Source: the human T2T-CHM13v2.0 reference genome, Homo sapiens
Direction: 5' to 3' (one strand)
DNA length: 64,000 bases
NCBI RefSeq assembly: GCF_009914755.1
Contig: NC_060931.1
Under the pieces are notes generated by a model. The model worked only from the letters and a program-made list of their open reading frames with translations. It was not told the DNA's origin and did not search any database. Position 1 is the stretch's first letter. The number at the start of each line of letters is the position of its first letter. Made by a program: the position numbers and the translations under genes. Positions 28,240-37,270 of this stretch are shown piece by piece.

Positions 28240-30300
28240 GCAGCGGATTAGCTGGTGCCGGGACTGAGTTAATGGAAACGCGGGTTAAATGAGAAAAGAC
28301 GCCCGGATTTTCCTGCCTGGATGCGCGGCTCGGAGGAGGACCGCGAGGTTCTCCAGCGGCGGGAGGCGGTGGAGCCGCCGCGGAGAGGGAGGGAGGCTTT
28401 GGAGAGGGAGGGAAGGAAAGGGGGAGGGAGAGGGAAAGGGGGGAGAGGGAGAGGAGGCGCGGGGTGGGGGAGGGGAGTGAGCAGGGAGCCGGGAGAGGGA
28501 GGAGGGGCGGGAACCAGGGGAGCGGCCCGAACCCCGTTTGGTCCGGACCCCGCAGCCACCGCTGGGTCTCGCCGCCGGGTCGCCCTTCGCGTGGAGATCC
28601 GGTCCGCGCCCCCTCCCCGGTCTCCTCCCCTCCCCTCCCCTCCGCCCCCCTCCCTCCGGCCCACACAGCCTCTTCCAGAAAGAAGTCACTCTAGAGCCGC
28701 GCGACCCAGCCCCAGAGTCCGCCGGGGTCCGCCCACCGGGTCTCCTGCGCGCCCCTCCCCGCCCCTCCCCGGGCACAGCCCGTTCACGAAACCTAAGGCG
28801 CCGGCCACGCGCCACCTCCCCCGGGCCGGGGTCTCCTCGGTCCCCGCGCGGGCGCTGGTTCTCCCGGGTGGGCGGCAGCCCCGCCCTGTGCCCTCCTGGG
28901 CCGGCGCGAGGGACCCTAGAGCGCGCGGGGGGCCCCAGGCGGGGAGGAGCGGCCGCGACCCCGGATGCGAGAGGCGTGTGGGTCCAAGCGGCGCCGGGAC
29001 AGGGGCCGGGTCCTCTGCCCACCCCAGGGTCCATGTTCGCCTGCGGGGCCGCGTCCCCCGGAGCCATACCTGGGCGGGAGGGCTTTTCCCGGGGGCCCGG
29101 CCTGCGCCCCTCGCCGCCCCTCGCCCCTCGCCTCTCGCCTCCCGCGGGTCCCGCCTGGCCTTGGCCGACGGAACAAGAACAACAAAGGAAGCGGCGCGAC
29201 CGGCGGAGGGGGCGCCCGCCGCCCTCCCACCCCTCATCCCGGCCGGGCCGATGGCCCCCGCGCGCCTCCATCCGCCCCAGCGCGGAGGCGACCCCGGCCC
29301 CGCTGCCCCGGCGTCGGGAGGACACCGCGCGCTCACGTGGATGACTGCGCCCGGGAACAGGGACTTCCCGAACCTTCCTGCCCCGCGCCGTGAGGCCCAC
29401 ACGCGCGCGGTGACCACCCTGGTTCTGAGGGGGCGGCGGGGCCACGGCGTGTGGCGGACCCGGCAGTGGCACCCAGGCTGTGCGCGCGGGTGTGTGGGGT
29501 TCCGAGGCGCAGGGCGACCGCCGGCTCCGGCTCCCCGAGGAAGGGGCACAGGCGCTGCCCGCGGTCACTCGGGCCAGGTGAGGGCAGGGGACGCGCGGGG
29601 GCCGGAGGAGGAGGCCTGGTCTGCGGGCGGCAGGAGGGACCCGGGGCCAGCCGAGGCTGTTCCCAGGGAGGCAGACACCTGCTGTCGCCGGGACCCTCGA
29701 CACGCTCCGCACGCGCGGGAGCGGAACCGGGCCTGCTTTGGAGGCCTCCCTTGGCGCGCTTGGATTTACTCAAAGGTCAAAGAAAAATGTCAAGGAGAGC
29801 GATTGCCTGGAGAGCTCCTGGCTCTCCTCCCGGGTCCCCGCTGGGTCCCAGGAGTCCCCGGAGGGGAAGCAAGGAGCCCCAGTGCCCTGGAGTCCTGTCT
29901 CCACCAACCTCGCCCGGCTCCCTGCTGCCTAGGCCCGCGCTGTCCCAGCAGAGGAGGGGTGGGAGCCGCCCCAGGCCCACCTCCCCGCGCCGGTCCACAA
30001 GGAGGCCCCTCCTGCAACCTGGGAGAGGCCGGGGGAGGCCCGGAGGGCGACCGCGCGGGGCCGCGGGACCTGGACAGCCGGGGAGTCGTGACCGCGGGCA
30101 GCGCCGGGGCTGAGGGCGAGGAGGGTCTTACTGCAGGGAAGGGCGGGACGCTGGACAGAGGGACCGACTGGGGTCCACCGGCCTGACACAGAAGTCGCTG
30201 GATCCCAGGGCCCGGCTGGGAAACCCGCTTCCTACCCGCCCGCGGGCGCCGCAGAAGAAACCGAAGAAAGAGGTCTTCCCTCCACGCCCAGGACGGTTTC
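28240..30300. promoter_or_regulatory. Intragenic CpG island, part 1
   Basis: Very GC-rich with dense CpG, many GC boxes and no repeats. Confidence 0.9.
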
Positions 30301-33300
30301 AAGTGTCCCACCCAGCGCTGAGCAGGAGGGTGATGCGGAGGGAAAAACTGTTGGCTGCAAGTCAGGTCTTAGGAATCCCGGAAGAAACGAAGATTTAAAG
30401 AATTTTTTTCTAAGTGATTGAGTTCCAATAACTTTACAATGACTTGACTCCCTTTTTGTGGAGTTAAAAAAAATCTTCAAACTCCTGCTAGCCATGGCCT
30501 TTAAGAGAAAGAAATGAGTTTAAAAGTGAGTTTGAGGCACAGTCTTGACCCAGGTGTGGCTTTGGTGGTCCTCAGCGCCATCTCCCCCATGGGCACCGAC
30601 CCCCCAAGGCTGCACCACGGCGGGTGGACCCCAAAGAGAGCCCAGACTAATTAGAGGCATCTTATCAGTCTTGACTTGAAATTGAAAGAAAATTATGTTT
30701 AAATATTTATGACTTTGACATTTACAGTCAGGCGTTTTTGAAAAGCGGAACACCCCCTTCTGTACAGCGGCAGCTCAATGACTGAAAGTTTGGAACAGAG
30801 AAGAAGTGAGGAGGAGGAGGAGGGAGAAGGAGGCCTGGTAACACAGCGGCAGGGGTGCGTCCCGGGTGGGGGAGATGCACAGATAGGCACACTTCAGTGC
30901 TGAGTTCTCAGAGGCAGGAATAGTATAATTTAAAAAAATAATCAGGAATGATTAAGTTAATTTTATCCCAGGTTAGATCTATCTTGAGAATAAGATGAAG
31001 TACAATATCGCATATTTCTTCCTCTCAACCGTCTGCACCTGCAACTCCTCAAATTTAGAATAGACAGTATTGCAAAAGTTGTGATTCAAAATAAGTGTAT
31101 GACCACAGAGACAATTTGTGGAGCTGTCTTAGAACTTAGCATCTGCAGACACTGTCCTGACCAATTTAAATTATTTTGACCGTGCCCCTGAGTGGAGGTG
31201 CATGAGGCTTCCACCCCATGCCCTTGTGAGCCATTTACGGGAAAATGCCTTCAGAACTTTTTTAGCTGTCCATGTGGTAAGCTTAAAAGAAAAGAAAAAA
31301 GGACATGTTATGCCCAAACTCAATTGTGAGAGCTGATACAGCCACACAAATACAAAACTTTATGGTAAATATGTGTTGACGGGTAGCCAGATTTAGTCCT
31401 TTTCCAAGGTTGTGTGATATAACCAGTTAACAGGAGCAGTTCATTCTCTGAGTCACGATGTGCAGTATTAAAATATGCTTGCATCATAAAGACGTAGGGA
31501 TACAGGTGCTCGGTGCCAGTTAATGTTAAACTTCTAACATTGTTGATGCTTTCATTTGTATCATTTCTAAGGAATCAGATTTCAGTCCCAGCCTCATCCT
31601 ATCTTTGTGTGCATTTAAATTACTAAATTATAAATACCTTTTTCTCTTAAAACTTAGAAGTCAGTTTTAGAGACCATTAATGAGTTGCTGTAACAAGTTT
31701 ATCTTTGGTTTGCTGGATGAATCCTCTTAGAATTATTAGGAAATTTCATTCTAAATTTACTAAAAGGCATTACTAAAATATAATACTCACTTTAGGGCTG
31801 ATGAACATTTTAAGTTTTCAGGCCATAGCAAGTGATCCAACTTGAAAACACGGGGGAAGGGGTGTCTTAAAATATTTTAAAAGTATTTTTTAAAGCTGTT
31901 AACGGAACTACTTTTAATTTGGAATTTGCCACAGAATTCTAATAAATGAGAGAAGTCAGGCGGAAATAATCATGTATTAATTCTCTGCATTACAAAATCT
32001 TTTCAGAAGCTATTATCAGAGCAAGAGGCACTGCGGTCTGAATTCAGGGTGGGAGAAGCCCTTTGTGCAACTGAAAGCTATTGTTCCTCCGTGCAGATGA
32101 AATTGTACTTGCAAATCTGCCATTCAAGTGGCCAAAAAACCCAAAAAAGCAAAAGAAAAGAATCTTCAAGGAAAAATTATTCTTAAATGTAAACTTTAAT
32201 GAAAATAAGTTGGGATATACTGTTTTAAAATGGGCTATTTGTTGAGTTTTTCCAGGCATACACTTAAAAGTGAATATACAAGAAAGGCAATAAATTGTCT
32301 ATTTGCCATCTTTAAGCACTCCTAAAACATCAGTTTTAAAGAAATACTGTGTTTTAAGACATCAGGGAAGATTTATGATACTGATGTCCAAAGGGGGAAG
32401 CACCCTTGTGCAAACTAATTCTAACCAGCAGATTGCCTCCGGTGGGAGAGAGGGACCCAGAGGCTGAGCAGGGGAAGGATGCCCCTGAGAAAGCCGCCCC
32501 CAGCCTCTTTCAGACTCTCCGCTGGCGTTTTCATGACACCCAAACTCAGACTCAGCGGATCACACTTAAGGCACCGGCTCCTGACCCCTATTTTTGGCCC
32601 GCCCGCCTGGTCCCCAGGCCTGCCTGGACGCACGCGCGCCTTCCACACCAGGTGCTTCTCGGGACGGGGCCTGGCCTCCCCACCCCGCAAGAACCAGACC
32701 CTCTTCAGGACTGGGGGGGTTACCGCTTCGCCTCCTCTACCCGGACTCAGAAGCCCCAACCCAAGACCCGCCTAGCGTCGCTTGTCAGAACCCCTCTGTG
32801 GCACGACTTTGAGCAGAGGGCGAGGGAAAGGAGGGTCAGCGTTCGGCCCCGTCCCCTGCCTGGGCTTTCTCCCCCGCTTCCCCGTCCCTCCCCCCTCGCC
32901 GGTTCACCGCATCCCCACAGGAGTCATAAAGATCAGGCCCCAGCGCCGGACACAAAGGCCAAGGGTTCCCGGGAGCCGCGGGTATTCAGAGCCAGGAGAG
33001 GGGTCCCGGCGCGGAGGGTGCTGCGGCCCAGCCTCCTGGCCACAGAGCGCGCCGGCCGCGAGGGAGGACCAAGGTCCCCAACCACGCCCGCGTCCACCCG
33101 TGAATCCCGGCGCTCGCAGCCCCCGGGCGGCGCAGCCGCCACCGCCGCCGTCTTCTCTGGAGCGCAGAGGGGTGTGCTTGGGAGGGGGCGGGAGGGCACT
33201 TTCCTCTGTGTCGGTGAAAGGAAGAGCTTCCAGCTCCCTCCTCCGCACAAACCTTCACTTCCTCTCTTGTTCGATCGCGTCCTAAAATCTGGGATCGGCG

Positions 33301-33769
33301 ACGCAAGGACAGCCTGGTTTGGCGAAGACCCCTCGGACACCCTGCGCTCCGGACTCCAGGCGGGTGGCTCCACGGTGCCGGCCGGGACGCGCAGCTCGGG
33401 GGGCGGGACCACGTCCGGGACCCCGGGGCCGCTGTCCGAGGACGGAGGTCGGTGACTTGAACCGCGTCGTCCTCAGGGCTGTGGCGGGGCCCCTCTCCCA
33501 GCCGTCCAGCCCGCAGCGCCCAGCTCAGCGCACTGAGGACCAAAAAGGGCGGGAGACTCTCTCCGGCCCTAAAAGGCAATTGTGCTGAGATTTTAACTCT
33601 AACTTGGGGGTTCGCCCGATTCCCTGGAGCAACGCTTCTCTAAAACCACGGAGCAGGCCAGTGTTCGGAACTGCACAGGTAGTTACGAAGGAAGGAAATG
33701 AAGTCCCTCGTTCCAACAGCTTCGGGTCCAGTCACAAGTTTCTCTCTGGCGAGCACGCGGCCGCCTCAC

Positions 33770-33975
33770 CTGGGGTGGGGGAGGCGCTGAGAAAGCGCAG
33801 TTCTCTTTGGGGGAGGAGAGATGGCCTCTCAGAGGCGTCCCCACCTGCCTCTGGAACGCCTCTCCCTGCAGGCCCCCTCGGTTCCCTGCAATTCGCCGCC
33901 CGCTGGGATACTCCCATGGCTCGGAGGCGCGCTCCCGGACCCTGGTGAGGAGGGTGAAGAGCGCCCCAAAATGGG
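33770..33975 (-). other. Candidate alternative exon B (206 nt, phase 1/0)
   Basis: Acceptor CGCATTTTCCTCTCAG at 33976-33977; donor CCCCAG|GTGAGG at 33769; frame is open and bridges exon A to the TM exon. Confidence 0.3.
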
Positions 33976-34592
33976 CTGAGAGGAAAATGCGCCCACACTG
34001 GCGCCTCTCCATCCTGGCTGCTCGCCCCTTCCCTCCTCCTTTCCCACACGCCTCCCATCTCCGTGCCTGCACCCCCCCACCCCCAGCACCCTGCAATGGT
34101 CGGAACTGCAGGGAGTGGGGAGCAACGCGAAAGGCCGAGAGAAGAGCGCTGGGGAGAAGTCCCGGAGGTCCTAGACTCCTTGGGGCGGTCTCTGCGGGGC
34201 GCTGGGCCAGGACAGCTGCCAACCCTCCAAATCTGTGCGCTCAGAAGGAGCTGCCCTTTGCCCGCTCCTCCTCACAGGCCCACCCTAGACCCACTTGGGG
34301 ATGATCCCAGGCGCAGCTCTCCCCTGCCGGCCCAAGCCTTTGACAGGAGTCCTGCGGCGAGGCAGAGACCCCCTGAACTGAGCTCTCCGACGCCCTAGTT
34401 GCCCGTTAGAGCCCCCATGCGCGCCCTCCAGCCTTCGAAAGCTCTCTTCCTCGCCCCACCACCTACGCGCCTGGTGATGCTCTCGTGGGCCCTTCCTGCT
34501 CCCTCCGCCCCCATCCCAGCCTCTCTCGCCTCTTCCAGGGCCCACCCAACCGCACTACGAGCGCCCGCGCCCCGCCCGGCACCCCTGGTTAC

Positions 34593-35008
34593 CTGCAGCT
34601 GGGCCGGCGCCCAGCGCCCGCGCGGGAGGAGGTGGGGGCGTGCGCCGGGCCGAGCGGCCTCGGGGCGCAGCAGCTGCGGGTAGCGGCAGCGCCATCATCA
34701 CAGCCAGCTGCTTCCCTGCGCTGGAGCCACAGACTAGCGGGGTCATCCGCTTCTGACCACAAACTTCTAGGGCGGCCGGAGGAGACAAAGGTGCCGCGCG
34801 TCGCTGCTCCAGCAGCAGCGGCTGCGCGGCGGCACGGGCTCGGAGCCCGCAGGCGCCGGAGCTCTGCGCGGCCGCTCGGCCCAGCTCCGCGTGCTCCGCC
34901 CCGGCCCGGCCCCCGGGCTAGGCACGCTGGGCCGGGGCGCGGCGCGGGCGGGCTCAGGGCGGGCTCCGGACGGTCCCGGTAGGGCCGCCGGCCGCGCGCG
35001 TAGCACCA
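34593..35008 (-). other. Candidate alternative first exon A from an internal promoter
   Basis: Begins about 30 nt downstream of a TATA box; donor CTGCAG|GTAACC at 34592; in-frame ATGs at 34746, 34698 and 34695. Confidence 0.5.
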
Positions 35009-35220
35009 ACCAGCGCGGCCGCCGCGCCCCGCCTTATATCCGGCCCGGCGCGCACCCGGCCGGCGGCGGCGCGGCTCGCGGCCCAGCCACCGGTTGCTAT
35101 AGCGATGTCCCCCCCCCCCCCACATGTTGCTGACAGCAATTGGCTAAGGGGCCGCGGCTCTCCAAACACCCTCTCCCGCCCGAGACTATGAATGGACATC
35201 AGCTTTGTCAGTCATTGGTA
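35000..35220 (-). promoter_or_regulatory. Internal core promoter: TATA (35032-35039), X-box-like GTTGCTATAGCGAT (35093-35106), C13 tract, X-box-like GTTGCTGACAGCAAT (35126-35140), CCAAT (35139-35143 and about 35213-35217)
   Basis: Motifs read directly, in canonical order and spacing, oriented with PTPRN2, at the densest CpG part of the island. Confidence 0.6.
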
Positions 35221-37243
35221 CAACGCCGAAGCCAGGGCCTTCGCCTTTTCTTTCTTTTCAGTGTTTCTCCCTTTCATCGTTCATACTGGGCAAGTTCAGG
35301 GTAGCACCGAGGGGAGAGAGACCTCGGCCAGAAAAGTCAAGGCGCGCGGCTCTGCTGTGACCTTTGTCCTGGGAGGGGTGGGTGGGGTGCGTCGCCACTC
35401 TTGGCAAGAGAAAATTGCACGGCATATCGTTCTTCCCAGTTACCTTTTCCAGTGTTGCCGTTCGGGCCTTTTTGCTCCCTTTCCAAATGGAAGCAGGCCA
35501 ATGATTCAGGGCGAGTAGACGAGAGCCCCTCTGCTCACTTTACCAGGGTCCTCCCGAGTGTTTAGGTCCCGATGCGCGTAGAAAGTGTCTTGCGAGACGC
35601 GGAACTGGTGAGACTTTGCCACCATTTGGTCCAGGCCAATGTCGGCCGCCAGCCCAAAACGCCGAAGGGAGACGGCGGTGAAAACCCAGGCGTGCGAGCT
35701 GCGTCCTTGCCCTTCCCCCTACCCAGGTCAATGGTCTGGCCTAGACCACCGCTCTGCGGGCGAAAGGAGTGGAGCAGAATCACAGGCCACGCTCCCAGTC
35801 GTTCGAGCCTGCCCACATAACCCCCGGCCCCTGGCGCAGTCAGGCCCGCAGCGGGCGAGAAGAGCTAGGGTCTCGGGGCGACTAGGACCACTGAGCACCT
35901 CCCCCCCGCGCCTCCCGCCCATGCTCTCTCTCCCCAGGCCCTGGACCCCGGGCCACAGCCACAGGTTGGGGCACCCCGGTGCGCGGCGCCCCCGCGGAGC
36001 TGGCGAGAGCCGGAGAGCTGAAACCCAACATCTGTGTGTACAATGCGCTCTCCGAGGCCCACAGCTGCAGGAACAAGGAGAAGAAAGGAAGAGGGGGGCG
36101 CAGATCTTGTCACACGCAGATGACAGTCTGCGGAGGGCTCTTTAGTTTCTCCTTTTCTGGAAACCCCAGCGGCCCCCTCCTAGGCCCCCCTCTCCCACCG
36201 CCTGGCCATTGTTCCCTGCGCCCGGGACAGCTGGAGACGGCGGCCCGCGCCACTCGACGCCCCTCCCGCCGCACACCCGGCTGCCCGCGGCGCCCGCTCC
36301 CGGCCCCTCCGGGGCCAACTCCTCCACACCCCCCACCTCCCCAGGCCAGGCCCAGGCGGCGCTTCCACAGTCTCCCCTCCCCTCCCTTGCACTCTGGCGC
36401 TGCCCCTAGACCTGCTCGGTGCAGAGGGCCTTGCCTGGCGCTTTTCTCTCACAAACCTAGTTCTGTAAAACCTGGGGGCGAGCCCCAGGGGGCAGGGCTC
36501 AGAGGCGGGGGTTGTCCACAGATATGAGTACGGTGCCGTCCGCTGCAGGCCCCTGTCTAAAAGTGGCCGAAGGACCCCGTTTCCTCTGACTGCAGGCCCA
36601 GGCTGAGTTCCGCATTTATTTTTGTATTTATAGGGCAAGGCCAGAGCGCTTCATAAAGCTCCAGGGCAAAGAAGTGGCCTCGCATCGGGCCATGGTTCCC
36701 GCAGGCCTGAGCGGGCTGCAGGAGGCCCGGTGCGGCTCGGCGGGGGCGCGAGAGGCGAGAAACTGCGGCGTCACTGGCGTCCTCTGCCCATGAGTGAACC
36801 CCTCCAGTAGGCGGGGACGGGGTACATCACCTTGGCCCTCTCGTCCCCCCTGCCCAGGGCAAGGCCCGCAAAAACCCCCGCACCCTGGCTCGGGGGCGGC
36901 GCGGCGGCGGGCAGGTCAGAGAGAAGCGGTACTCGGGTTCCCCCAGCGCCCGGGATGCCCTCCCAGGGACCTTCTCGGGCAAAGAGTCGAGTGGTAGCGG
37001 TTCCTGTCCCTCCCCGCCACCCTCCTCCGGTGCCTCGGCGTCCCCAGCCAGGCTCCAGGGCGACCCCAGGCCCGGCCCTGGGCAGAGACAGAGGAGGGGA
37101 GGGGAGGTGGCGCTGGGGGGCGGGGGGCCGGAGACGGCGGGAGGAGGACTCGGGAGCCGGGGCGGGAAGAGGGGAAGACAGCGGAGAGAAGGGACGGGGA
37201 GGGGAGGGGGCTCGGAGGAGGGGACCTGCTGCCCTCAGCCTGG

Positions 37244-37270
37244 CTGGTAACCGGCCTCTCCATAGCAACG
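37244..37270. promoter_or_regulatory. RFX X-box (CTCCATAGCAAC, 37258-37269) with an adjacent GGTAAC half-site
   Basis: Minus-strand GTTGCTATGGAG is close to the RFX consensus GTTGCCATGG(C/A)AAC. Confidence 0.55.

Noticed and set aside
28285-30186. 621-aa and 475-aa ORFs and other long ORFs in the CpG island
   Set aside because: Pro/Gly/Arg/Ala-rich, overlapping in several frames on both strands; expected from stop-codon scarcity in GC-rich DNA; no recognisable domain
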